This document shows, piece by piece, positions 1 through 8,651 of a stretch of 42,167 bases of DNA. The notes under the pieces are model-generated. The model was not told the origin of the DNA and did no database searches. It worked only from the letters and a program-made list of their open reading frames with translations. The position numbers and the translations under genes were made by a program. The stretch's first letter is position 1. Each line of letters begins with the position of its first letter. The DNA is from an uncultured Acetatifactor sp. (GTDB taxonomy: Bacteria > Bacillota > Clostridia > Lachnospirales > Lachnospiraceae). Location: contig CAZVWN010000001.1 of assembly GCA_964631065.1 (NCBI GenBank), forward strand, positions 1 to 42,167, in the 5' to 3' direction.

Positions 1-728
1 AAGAACAGGCTTCCCGTGTTGCCCCACATCTGCTGGAACTGGAAGATTGCAAGCGTCAGCCATGCCGGCTTTACGTTCGGCATGACGATCGACCAGAAGA
101 TCCGCCATTCGGACGCGCCGTCCAGTCTCGCAGACTCCATCAGGGAATCCGGAAGCTGCTCCATGAACTGCTTCATCAGGTAAAGTCCCATACCGAACGA
201 GAACGCCGGCAGGATCAGCGCCGCATAAGTGTTGTTGATGTGCAGCCAGCTGATGATCAGATACTGCGGGATCTGCGTTACCGTCCAGGAGAACATCATG
301 GAAAGGACGACCATGCTGAACAGGATGTTCTTTCCCGGGAACTTATGCTTTGCCAGCGGGTATGCCGCAAGGGAGGCACAGAGCACGTGTCCCACCATGC
401 CGCCGCCGGTAATGATGATCGTATTTAATATGTATCTGGAGAAGGGAACCCAGGAATTGTTCATCAGGACGAACAGATCCGAGAAGTTCTCCAGCGTCGG
501 GTTTCGCACAAAGATCTTGGGCGGGAACTGGTAGATCTCATCCAGGGGCTTTAATGCGTTGTTGATGATCATGACAAGCGGGAGCGCCATGAAGACGCCG
601 CAGATGAACATCAGTATAAACAGGAGCGTATTTCCCGCCATGGAGCGGTTGAGCTTCTTTTCCTTCGGTTTTCTCCGGAAGAGTTTGCGCTTGGGAGCAG
701 TCGTTGTCATTTCCGTTTTCTTTGCCAT
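1..728 (-). CDS. Carbohydrate ABC transporter permease (MalG/UgpE-type), 3' end beyond the window edge
   Basis: Absent from the ORF track because it runs off the edge. Read by hand from ATG 726-728, which overlaps the upstream stop (TAATG): MAKKTEMTTTAPKRKLFRRKPKEKKLNRSMAGNTLLFILMFICGVFMALPLV... with EAA loop MEQLPDSLMESARLDGASEWRIFWSIVMPNVKPA. Confidence 0.9.
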   Translation of the reverse strand, partial: MAKKTEMTTTAPKRKLFRRKPKEKKLNRSMAGNTLLFILMFICGVFMALPLVMIINNALKPLDEIYQFPPKIFVRNPTLENFSDLFVLMNNSWVPFSRYILNTIIITGGGMVGHVLCASLAAYPLAKHKFPGKNILFSMVVLSMMFSWTVTQIPQYLIISWLHINNTYAALILPAFSFGMGLYLMKQFMEQLPDSLMESARLDGASEWRIFWSIVMPNVKPAWLTLAIFQFQQMWGNTGSLF

Positions 729-1672
729 TATTCGCCAACCCTCCTTAACAATTTCTGTACCAGCTTATTCGTGCCGACCATCAGCAGGAACAGAACCGTT
801 GCGATGGCGGAAGCATAACCCATCTCAAATCGCGTGGAACCGTAGTCGAGCAGGTGCGTTACCACCGTCGCGCCGGCGTAGTTCACGGAAGGGTTTCCGG
901 CAAGCTGTATCGAGATATCCGCAACCGCGAAGGACTGCGTGATCTGCATGACCGCACCGAACATCAGCTGCGGCTTCATGGAAGGAAGCGTGACATACCA
1001 AAGCTCCTGCCAGCGGTTCTTTACGCCGTCCAGCGCCGCCGCCTCATACAGGCTCTTATCGACCGTCTGAAGACCTGCGATAAAGGAAAGGAAGCCGGTT
1101 CCCAAGGATAGCCAGAGCTGTACGACGATCAGCACGGGCAGAATGTATTTCTCCGTCTTCATCCAGAGGATCGCCTCGTCTAAGATCCCAAGCTTAATCA
1201 GGATACCGTTTAAGTATCCGTAGCGGTCGCCCGTCAGGATCAGATTCCAGACCATGTAGGCGTTTCCGCAGATACTGGGCGCATAGAAGATCAGGGTCAG
1301 GAAGGAACGGAACTTTCCCGAAAACTCATTGATGATCCATGCAAACAAGAGACAGAGGATGTAGCTGACCGGTCCGGTGACAACCGCGAAGATCAGCGTA
1401 TTCTTTAAGGCGATCAGGAAAATATCGTCCTCCAGAAAGAGCTTGATATAGTTCTTCCAGCCGACAAAGGTCGGCATTTCCAGCATGTTAAAGTATGTAA
1501 AGCTTAAAATGATCGAAATGACTACCGGCAAAACCGTAAAGAGGAAGAATAAAATGAAATACGGTGCCAGCATCGCATAGGATACGCGGTTTCTCTTGAT
1601 CTGATATTTCAAGGTCTTCTGCTTTGCCGCAATATCCAGCGCTTCCTGTGAAACAGTGTTCTGTTCAGCCAT
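728..1672 (-). CDS. Carbohydrate ABC transporter permease (MalF/UgpA-type)
   Basis: Multiple TM segments; FVGWKNYIKLF motif; EAA loop LYEAAALDGVKNRWQELWYVTLPSMKP; GYASA motif; GGAGG RBS. Confidence 0.93.
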   Translation of the reverse strand: MAEQNTVSQEALDIAAKQKTLKYQIKRNRVSYAMLAPYFILFFLFTVLPVVISIILSFTYFNMLEMPTFVGWKNYIKLFLEDDIFLIALKNTLIFAVVTGPVSYILCLLFAWIINEFSGKFRSFLTLIFYAPSICGNAYMVWNLILTGDRYGYLNGILIKLGILDEAILWMKTEKYILPVLIVVQLWLSLGTGFLSFIAGLQTVDKSLYEAAALDGVKNRWQELWYVTLPSMKPQLMFGAVMQITQSFAVADISIQLAGNPSVNYAGATVVTHLLDYGSTRFEMGYASAIATVLFLLMVGTNKLVQKLLRRVGE

Positions 1673-1689
1673 TGTTCTCTCCTCCTCCC

Positions 1690-4686
1690 TTAGTCTTCCG
1701 CGATCGGCAGCCCGAGCTCCTGCCGCTTATAATCAATTTCCGAGTTAATATAGATAACCTTATCCATCAGCTCTTCCCTCGGCGACGCGGTATCCGTCTC
1801 CGTCGTAACCGTGTAGAACGCGTTGTTTACGTTTCGCCAGGAGTAATATCCGCCCGGTACCTGCGGGATTCCCTTTACCCATTGGAACGCCTCTTCCAAC
1901 GCCTCATAGTCGTCGATCGGCCAGGGCATGTTCGAGAATGCCTCGAGGTTCGCGGTGGGTACTCTCGCCGCAGAGCCCATCAGACTCTCCATCTCTCGTC
2001 CGTACTGCGTCTGGATCTCCGCTGATGTCCACCACTTCAAGAACTCCCAGCAGTCGTCCGGATATTCCGTGTCCGCCATGATGATGCTCGCAAGTCCGGT
2101 ACAGCCTGTGCTGTGATCTACCGTGCCGTCCTCCTGTACCGTTCCGGGAACGGGAGCGAAATCCCAAAGTCCCGCGATATCGGGTGCGGATACGACTAAG
2201 TTGTTGTATGTCGTATAATCCGCAATGATGATCGGACACTCACCGGTACGGAAGCGCTCTTCCACGCTCGTTTCCTTGTCGAGCTTATAATCCGTATAGA
2301 ACTCACAGTATTCCTTGAAGGTATTGACCGCGATATCGGAATCCAGCGCGGAGCGCGCGCCGTCCGCCGTATAATACTCTCCGCCGTTCTGGTACAATAA
2401 CATCGCGAAGATCTGTTCGCTGGGCAGCATACCGAATTCCATCTGGTTCTTTGCAAGAACCGCCATCGCAACCTTTACGTCGTCCCAGGTCTCGGGGATC
2501 TCCATGCCGAGCTCCGCGAGAATGTCCTTTCTGTAGAACATGACGGGGAAGGTCGTCGTCTCGGGAAGCGCGTAGGTCGCGCCGTCGAACTCGAACGGTA
2601 CCATTGCCGCCTCGGAGAAGCGCGTCCTCACCTCGTCGAGATCCGCAAACTGTGACAGATCCAGTACGGCATTACGGATACCGTAGTTGACGGGGGTATC
2701 GTTACCGGTATTTAAGACCGCGCCCGCGATACCGTTGGTATTCGCAACCTGGATCGCAACGTCCGGTCCCTCTCCCGCCAGCTCCGCGCGTAACAGCGTG
2801 TTCATGTCTACCAGCTGTACGTTGACGTTGACGCCGGTTTCGTTCGTAAATCCTTCGTCGATCATCTTCTTGATAATGTTCGCCTGATCACGTCCGGAGC
2901 CGATCCAGAGCGTGATCGTCGTATTGTCCGCCTTGTCTCCCTCGATGACGTTACCGATCTGGTTATAGTCGATGACGAAGGAGTAATACAGTCTCTTACA
3001 CTCGTAGCCGAGCTTGCTGAAGAAGGACGTATTTTCGTAGGTCACATCCGTATCGGGGGAAGTGATGTTGATACGGTCGATCGCCAGCGGCTGCTCCGTT
3101 ACCTGCGTCACCCAGTTACCGCAGGCTCTCACGTTGATCTTATAAGAGCCGATGACGCGGACGAAATACTCCGCATCCTCGATCAGCTCATCCAGCTGAT
3201 CCCGCATCGTCAACAACGCCGTCAGACGGTCGGAATTTTTCCCCGTCAGCTCCTGCATCCGGTCGATCGCTCCCGCGAGCTGATCCCTTACCTGTACCAG
3301 CTCGTTATGGAGATTCGGCAGGGAAGCCTCCAGCTGATAGTCTCTGTAGGTATCCGGGGATACGCCCGTAATCTTGATGACTTCACGGTAGATGCCGTTT
3401 AACTGCTGTACGCAGCTCTGCACCTCGCTGATAATGTTGGAGAAGTCGCCGAGCACCGCCTGCATGCGCAGGGTGTGGTGTCCCTCGGTCAGATAGAACT
3501 GATACGCCTCTCCCGTCTCGTCGGACAAAACGTCCTCTCTCCAGCTCTGTCCATAGGAGAAGCCGTAGTCCTCCATCTCCGCAAACGGTACTTCACCGTC
3601 AATCGTAATCCTTCGGGAGACATAAATGCCGCGCACAAAGTTCTGGCAGTCATAGAGTGAAATATTGTAATATCCGGTCTCCGGAATGTCGAAATCCCAT
3701 TCGATCCACTGTCCGACCAGTCTCCAGGAATTTCCGCCGATCGTATTGTTTAAAAGCTCCTTCGCGCTGGAAGGGGAAACGGACGGGGAAGACTGATCCT
3801 GCGTCGGATACAGCATCTGGGAAGAGGTTCTCGTCGCGTTCTCTCCCTCGATCGTGATCGTATGTCCGCTCGTCGCCTTCGCGCCCTGCGCATCCTGCGC
3901 TGCCTTTGTGTCCGCGTAGCTCTTTGCGTTCTCCGCGTTGCTTAAGATAATTTCATGGATCAGCATCGGCTCACGTAAGGAGAGCAGCGTAATGGTATGC
4001 GTGCCCTTTGTCAGATAAACGGAAAGCGGGGAGGTCACATATCCTTCGCTGTCGTAGACGTAACCCGTGATCCATTCCGGCGCCTCGACCATGCTCGGAC
4101 GGTTATCATTTCCCTGATTATCCTTCTCCCAGTGATAAACTGCGGAGCCGTTCGTCGTCATGTTATCCTCTTCGAGGTCGAATTTCCAGATCCGGTAAAA
4201 GTCGATGGATGCCATCTCCCGATAAGGAAGCGCTCCGTCGATAAAGATGCTTCTCTCGATATCGGAGTTCTTGCCGGCGAGGGGATAATAGACAAGGGAG
4301 AGATTGTAAAAGCCCTCGTTCAAAACCTCTACCTCAAACTCCACAAGGGCATCCTCGCCCGTATAGACGCTGTCGCCCTGCATGCCCTCGTAATCCGTAT
4401 AGATCACGGGCTCTGCCTCCTGATCCGCCTCGTCATAGCGCACAACCGCTTCCGCGCCGATCGTTACGGTCTCTGACGGATAATTCTGTGCAAACTGCGC
4501 TACATATTCCGTGTATCCCGGAATGGAATCGTCGATGGAATATGTACTGACAATGTCGTCATAGTCGTCCATGGAATAATCCGTTTTCGCAAGGGTATCC
4601 ATGCTCACCCAAGGAAGCATGGTAAAAACCATTGTCACAAGAAGGACGGACGCTATTGATTTTCTTAACCATTTCGCTCGCTTCAT
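1690..4686 (-). CDS. Giant (998 aa) extracellular solute-binding protein: Sec signal, two CBM6/35-like beta-sandwich repeats, helical coiled-coil region, C-terminal family-1 sugar SBP domain
   Basis: Signal peptide without a lipobox. Internal repeats VEFEVEVLNEGFYNLSL..IDGALPY..YLTKGTHTITL and IEWDFDIPETGYYNISL..IDGEVPF..YLTEGHHTLRM. C-terminal SBP motifs GPDV, YALP..MFYRKDILAELG..IPETWDD, WEFLKWWTS. Confidence 0.88.
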   Translation of the reverse strand: MKRAKWLRKSIASVLLVTMVFTMLPWVSMDTLAKTDYSMDDYDDIVSTYSIDDSIPGYTEYVAQFAQNYPSETVTIGAEAVVRYDEADQEAEPVIYTDYEGMQGDSVYTGEDALVEFEVEVLNEGFYNLSLVYYPLAGKNSDIERSIFIDGALPYREMASIDFYRIWKFDLEEDNMTTNGSAVYHWEKDNQGNDNRPSMVEAPEWITGYVYDSEGYVTSPLSVYLTKGTHTITLLSLREPMLIHEIILSNAENAKSYADTKAAQDAQGAKATSGHTITIEGENATRTSSQMLYPTQDQSSPSVSPSSAKELLNNTIGGNSWRLVGQWIEWDFDIPETGYYNISLYDCQNFVRGIYVSRRITIDGEVPFAEMEDYGFSYGQSWREDVLSDETGEAYQFYLTEGHHTLRMQAVLGDFSNIISEVQSCVQQLNGIYREVIKITGVSPDTYRDYQLEASLPNLHNELVQVRDQLAGAIDRMQELTGKNSDRLTALLTMRDQLDELIEDAEYFVRVIGSYKINVRACGNWVTQVTEQPLAIDRINITSPDTDVTYENTSFFSKLGYECKRLYYSFVIDYNQIGNVIEGDKADNTTITLWIGSGRDQANIIKKMIDEGFTNETGVNVNVQLVDMNTLLRAELAGEGPDVAIQVANTNGIAGAVLNTGNDTPVNYGIRNAVLDLSQFADLDEVRTRFSEAAMVPFEFDGATYALPETTTFPVMFYRKDILAELGMEIPETWDDVKVAMAVLAKNQMEFGMLPSEQIFAMLLYQNGGEYYTADGARSALDSDIAVNTFKEYCEFYTDYKLDKETSVEERFRTGECPIIIADYTTYNNLVVSAPDIAGLWDFAPVPGTVQEDGTVDHSTGCTGLASIIMADTEYPDDCWEFLKWWTSAEIQTQYGREMESLMGSAARVPTANLEAFSNMPWPIDDYEALEEAFQWVKGIPQVPGGYYSWRNVNNAFYTVTTETDTASPREELMDKVIYINSEIDYKRQELGLPIAED

Positions 4687-4719
4687 CGTTTTCCCCGTTT
4701 CCGCGCCATGCGCTTAAAA

Positions 4720-5370
4720 CTATTTGTCATACCATTGTTCCTCCCCTTCTTTTGCTTTCGGCATATAGGCACGCAGCGCTTTTTCCATCGGGAAGGTCAG
4801 CACGAGGCACCAGAGCCCCGGCACAAAGAAAAAGCACGGGATCGGCAGGAAGTAAACCAGAACCCAACCGATCAGCACCGTTCCCGCCAGCTCTAAAACC
4901 GTCAGCGGCAGAAACCGGATACTCATTACGAAAGCCAGCTTTAAGATCCCCGTCAGCTTCAGCTCAAACCGGGAAAACACCGGAAAGAGACAGATCAGGA
5001 CACACGCGCTGACAAAGATCAGAAAACCGTACAGAACCGACATCGCCGTCCGCTCTCCGTCCGCTCCGGAAAAATAATCCCTTCCGAAGAACAGCGCCGC
5101 AAGCCAGAGCAGCCAGATCACCGTCAGTAAAATCCCTTTCGGGAGCGTCCGCTTCATGGAGGAGAAAAATTCCTTCAGCGGATATCCTCTCTCCCGCCGG
5201 ATGCTTTTCATCGTCGCGTAGTAGAGAGAGGTCAGCGCCGGCAGGATCGTCACCACCGGCAGACAGCAGACCAGGAAAGCCATGTCCAGAAGAATGATCT
5301 CTCCCGTCTTATTCAGAAAGCCGACCAGCTTCCCGTCATAGGATAAAAGCCCTGTTTTCTTCTTTTTCAA
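4720..5370 (-). CDS. YesL/DUF624-family membrane protein of sugar ABC loci
   Basis: TTG start with AAGGAG RBS; motif LVCCLPVVTILPALTSLYY..FFSSMK; hydrophobic helices; located beside a sugar ABC system. Confidence 0.8.
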   Translation of the reverse strand: MKKKKTGLLSYDGKLVGFLNKTGEIILLDMAFLVCCLPVVTILPALTSLYYATMKSIRRERGYPLKEFFSSMKRTLPKGILLTVIWLLWLAALFFGRDYFSGADGERTAMSVLYGFLIFVSACVLICLFPVFSRFELKLTGILKLAFVMSIRFLPLTVLELAGTVLIGWVLVYFLPIPCFFFVPGLWCLVLTFPMEKALRAYMPKAKEGEEQWYDK

Positions 5371-5381
5371 AGCCCTTCTCC

Positions 5382-6887
5382 TTATTTTTCGCGGATGGGA
5401 TATTCCTTTAAGTCAGGAATCTCATCCAGCGTAATGACCGCTTCATTTTCATAGAACCGCTTCAGCGCATCCTCTTCCGTATATTGATCGCTGTAGGAGT
5501 AGATCGCCGTGGACTTCGCGACAAACTCGCCGTTCCAGGTACACCAGAAGCCCCACATCGCGCCGTCGCGGATCGCCAGATCCGGATCAAACACGCAGCC
5601 GTTTTCCGAGAGGACGACCATCTTCGCGGGAGACGTATAATTTACCGCTTCCAGATATTTCGCCGTCTGCGCCGTATAAACGCGCTCGCCCGGATAGATG
5701 TCCTCGCCGATGATGTCTACATATTCATCGCCCGGATACCAGTCCTTATCCTGTCCGTTCCAGACCCAGATCAGGTTATTCAGTCCGTATTCATCCGTCA
5801 GCTTGTCATAGAGCAGTCTGTAGAGCTGTATGTACGCGTCCGCGCCGCTCGCGCCCCACCAGAACCAGCCGCCGCTCGCCTCATGTAAGGGTCTCCAGAG
5901 AACCGGCACGCCCGCATCCTGTAAGATTTTCAGCTGCGCGGCGATCGCGTCGATATCCGCCATCAGCAGATCGTAGCCCTCCTGATCCTCACCGTTCATG
6001 ATCTTCGCAAGGTCGATATCCGTATGCTCCGTATAGAAGCCGCTGTACCAGTTTCCGGTCAGATATTTCGACGGTGCGTTCCAATGCCAGCAGAAGGTAA
6101 CGATGCCGCCCGCCTCGTTAAACTGGATCGCAAGCTCCGTGGAATGTCCCGTGCTTCCGTTTTCAACGCGTGAGGGCGTATATTCCATAAAGTCAAGTCC
6201 GAGCACGGCAGGGGTCTTTCCCGTTACCTTGTTGATCACCTGAAATTCCTTGCCGTACATGCCGGTATCGCAATACTGTCCGGAGAGGATGTTCTTTCCA
6301 TAATGATCGGCAAGGTAGCACATCAGCCGCTTCGCGTTCTCATCCGCATTCGGGTTGACCAGCTCGGTCGAGACCTGATAGATGGCATCTGAAAGCGGTT
6401 CTGCCGTCATAATCTTTAAATAATCCAGATCGATCCAGCCCCAGTATTTCGAGACCGTGACCGCATGCTCTCCTGCGGCGAGATACACCCTGTTAATTGC
6501 CGTCTCCGCCATTTCGCCGTCTTCCGTCACAAGATTTCCGAGCGCTTCCCCGTCGACGGTCACGTAATTTTCCTTATAGGAATTTCCCGCGCCGACGCTG
6601 GCAAACAGCAGATCGTAAAATCCCGTCTCGGAAACGCTGACCTGAAACGTACAGCTGTCTCCGTCCTGTTCAAAGCCGTTCGCACAGCCCTCGCCGCTGT
6701 AGCCGGTCTTTCCCGTCTCCGCCTTTACGTTTCCGGAAAACACGGCATCCTCCGCTTCATAGGTTCCTACGAGCGTGGGAACAAATTCCGCTTCCTGCTC
6801 TCCGTCTTCTCCGCCGCAGCCCGTCATTACACTGCCCATCGTCGTCAGCGCCATCGCACACACCATTGCCTTTTTCCATTTTTTCAT
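5382..6887 (-). CDS. GH26 endo-beta-1,4-mannanase with N-terminal CBM35-like module, lipoprotein
   Basis: Lipobox VMTGC; YEAEDA...WGWIDLDYL CBM35-like signature; acid/base motif WRPLHEASGGWFWWG; WYPGDEYVDIIGEDIY; nucleophile LSENG. Confidence 0.92.
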   Translation of the reverse strand: MKKWKKAMVCAMALTTMGSVMTGCGGEDGEQEAEFVPTLVGTYEAEDAVFSGNVKAETGKTGYSGEGCANGFEQDGDSCTFQVSVSETGFYDLLFASVGAGNSYKENYVTVDGEALGNLVTEDGEMAETAINRVYLAAGEHAVTVSKYWGWIDLDYLKIMTAEPLSDAIYQVSTELVNPNADENAKRLMCYLADHYGKNILSGQYCDTGMYGKEFQVINKVTGKTPAVLGLDFMEYTPSRVENGSTGHSTELAIQFNEAGGIVTFCWHWNAPSKYLTGNWYSGFYTEHTDIDLAKIMNGEDQEGYDLLMADIDAIAAQLKILQDAGVPVLWRPLHEASGGWFWWGASGADAYIQLYRLLYDKLTDEYGLNNLIWVWNGQDKDWYPGDEYVDIIGEDIYPGERVYTAQTAKYLEAVNYTSPAKMVVLSENGCVFDPDLAIRDGAMWGFWCTWNGEFVAKSTAIYSYSDQYTEEDALKRFYENEAVITLDEIPDLKEYPIREK

Positions 6888-6945
6888 TGCATCACTCCCC
6901 GCAGGGTTTCCTGTTTTTAAGTAATTTTAGCTTTCTATGGATTAA

Positions 6946-6974
6946 ATTATAAACCTAACTCGCCGTTAATTCAA
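6946..6974 (-). promoter_or_regulatory. Sigma-A promoter of the GH26-YesL-SBP-permease operon
   Basis: Minus strand reads TTGAAT-N17-TATAAT, with an A-rich upstream tract. Confidence 0.75.
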
Positions 6975-7045
6975 TCTTTTTTCGATTTTTCTTCGTCAGT
7001 TTTACCATATTACTAATTTTAGCATGGCATTTTTGTACAAAATGA

Positions 7046-7088
7046 CAGGGTAAATCAGGTTATATTTTTCAACACCCGATTTACCCTG
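7046..7088 (-). terminator. Stem-loop downstream of the esterase gene, possible terminator
   Basis: 15-bp inverted repeat CAGGGTAAATCAGGT / ACCCGATTTACCCTG (1 mismatch), followed on the minus strand by TCATTTTGT. Confidence 0.5.
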
Positions 7089-7109
7089 CTTAAAATTAGT
7101 TAAATTTCC

Positions 7110-8420
7110 TTACTCTGCCGTCATCAGTCCCAGCAGATGGAAGATATCTCCGGTCGAATCCGCGCTGCGCCGAAGCTCCACCGTATGCTCTGCGACCTCA
7201 TCCGAGGCGTACACCTCCGTCGCCTTGATCGCATTCCCCCAGCCGCCGGAAAAATCGGCATTGACCGTCCGGACTGCCTCGCCGTCGATCAGTACCTCAA
7301 ACTGCCCGCTCTTTCCCTCGACCGTCGCATAATAGAGGATGCCGAGTCTGCTGAAGGATGCCTGAAAGACGATACCGCCCTCCCCGTTGCAGCCCCAGCC
7401 GTCCGGGAACTGCTGACAGACCGTTTCCTCCGTAAAATCGCCGTATGCTGACGGCGTAATATTGCTGCCGTCCAGAATATCCGCGTTCCGGTAAACCGCC
7501 TTTGTCAGTGCTTCCAGATCCGCCGCATCCTCCGGCGCTTCCAGGGTATCCCTTGCGCCGTAGACCTCATTCAGATAATTCCAGAGGATCTCTCCCGTCA
7601 CGGCATGTCCGAGCGCCGACGGATGCACCTCATCCCCGGAAAGCTCCTTTTCGCTGTATCTGCCCGTCTCCATCATATCCGCGATCACGTTCGCATAGCT
7701 GAGCATCGGCACGCTGTAGTGATACCCGACGAGAACCTCGTTCGTCTGTGCCGTCGCGCCGTTCGTCTGCGCCATAAAAAGGCACATCACGGCGGGCGCG
7801 TCTTCTTCCGTCAGCAGATTATAGAGCAGATTATCGTAAGACTTCTTATAAAAAGCGTCGTTCGCATCATTGACCGCGTACTCGACCAGAACGAGATCCG
7901 GCTCCTTCGACAGGACATCTTTTTTCAGCCTGTGTACCCCGAGATAGGAGTCCGTCGCGCCGATCCCGGCGTTGACGAAGGTAAACGTCGTATCGGGGAA
8001 GCGCGTCCGCCACCAGTCAAAGAAATATTCCGCATACGCCTTCTTTGTTCCGACCTCGGAATCCTTACTGCCCTTCGAGACGGTTCCCTGCGTGATCGAG
8101 CCGCCGATACAGGCGATCGTTACATCCTCTCCCGCCGCAGCCTTTCGCATGACGGCGGCAACCGCCCGGTCGTCGCAGCCCGCCCACATATCGGCGAGCG
8201 CCATGTCCGTATCCGCAAGAAACGCCGTCGGGGCTGTCAGCGCATCCGCCTCTTCCCCGCTCTCCGTCTCTGCGCTGTCCGTTTCCGGTATCTGTTCCTC
8301 GTAAGCGTCCGGCGTTTCCGCAGACGCATCCCCGTCAGTGTCTGCCGCCCCGCAGCCCGTCAGAAGCGCCGCCAGCAGGATAAAGAGGCCGCTTTTATAG
8401 TTTCCGTTTTTCCGTTTCAC
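7110..8420 (-). CDS. SGNH/GDSL esterase lipoprotein, CE17-like (putative mannan O-acetyl esterase) with C-terminal beta-sandwich
   Basis: GTG start with AAGGAG RBS; lipobox LLTGC; acidic linker; SGNH blocks GGSITQG, NAGIGA, EYAVND, DEVHP; C-terminal beta-rich domain with ADFSGGWGN; mannan-locus context. Confidence 0.82.
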   Translation of the reverse strand: MKRKNGNYKSGLFILLAALLTGCGAADTDGDASAETPDAYEEQIPETDSAETESGEEADALTAPTAFLADTDMALADMWAGCDDRAVAAVMRKAAAGEDVTIACIGGSITQGTVSKGSKDSEVGTKKAYAEYFFDWWRTRFPDTTFTFVNAGIGATDSYLGVHRLKKDVLSKEPDLVLVEYAVNDANDAFYKKSYDNLLYNLLTEEDAPAVMCLFMAQTNGATAQTNEVLVGYHYSVPMLSYANVIADMMETGRYSEKELSGDEVHPSALGHAVTGEILWNYLNEVYGARDTLEAPEDAADLEALTKAVYRNADILDGSNITPSAYGDFTEETVCQQFPDGWGCNGEGGIVFQASFSRLGILYYATVEGKSGQFEVLIDGEAVRTVNADFSGGWGNAIKATEVYASDEVAEHTVELRRSADSTGDIFHLLGLMTAE

Positions 8421-8452
8421 AATTCTCTCCTTTGATCTTGCAGTCAGTCAGC

Positions 8453-8627
8453 GTGTTTCCATAAGTGTTTCCATAAGTGACGCTGCCCGGAAGGCACAGA
8501 CCACCGCAGGCACGCTTTCGCTACCTTCCGCTCGCAGCGGTGCATAACACGCCAAAGTACGCCGTGTAAGCACCGGCGGCTCCAGAGTGCGCTGCTTGTG
8601 GCCATGTGCCTTTCGGGCAACTGTTTC
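8453..8627. repeat. Tandem 12-bp duplication plus long nested imperfect palindrome (MITE/REP-like element or structured RNA)
   Basis: GTGTTTCCATAA x2 (8453-8476). Outer arms TGCCCGGAAGGCACA (8484-8498) / TGTGCCTTTCGGGCA (8605-8619). Inner arms CGGTGCATAACACG (8538-8551) / CGTGTAAGCACCG (8563-8575). Confidence 0.65.
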
Positions 8628-8651
8628 CGGCAATTCCTATTTGGTAAACGT

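Noticed and set aside
8453-8476. GTGTTTCCATAA repeats as a CRISPR array
   Set aside because: Only two adjacent 12-bp copies, with no spacers and no cas genes.
8448-8633. 61-aa minus-strand ORF ending METLMETR
   Set aside because: No convincing RBS; the repeat peptide simply reflects the DNA duplication, and the region is better explained by its palindromic structure.
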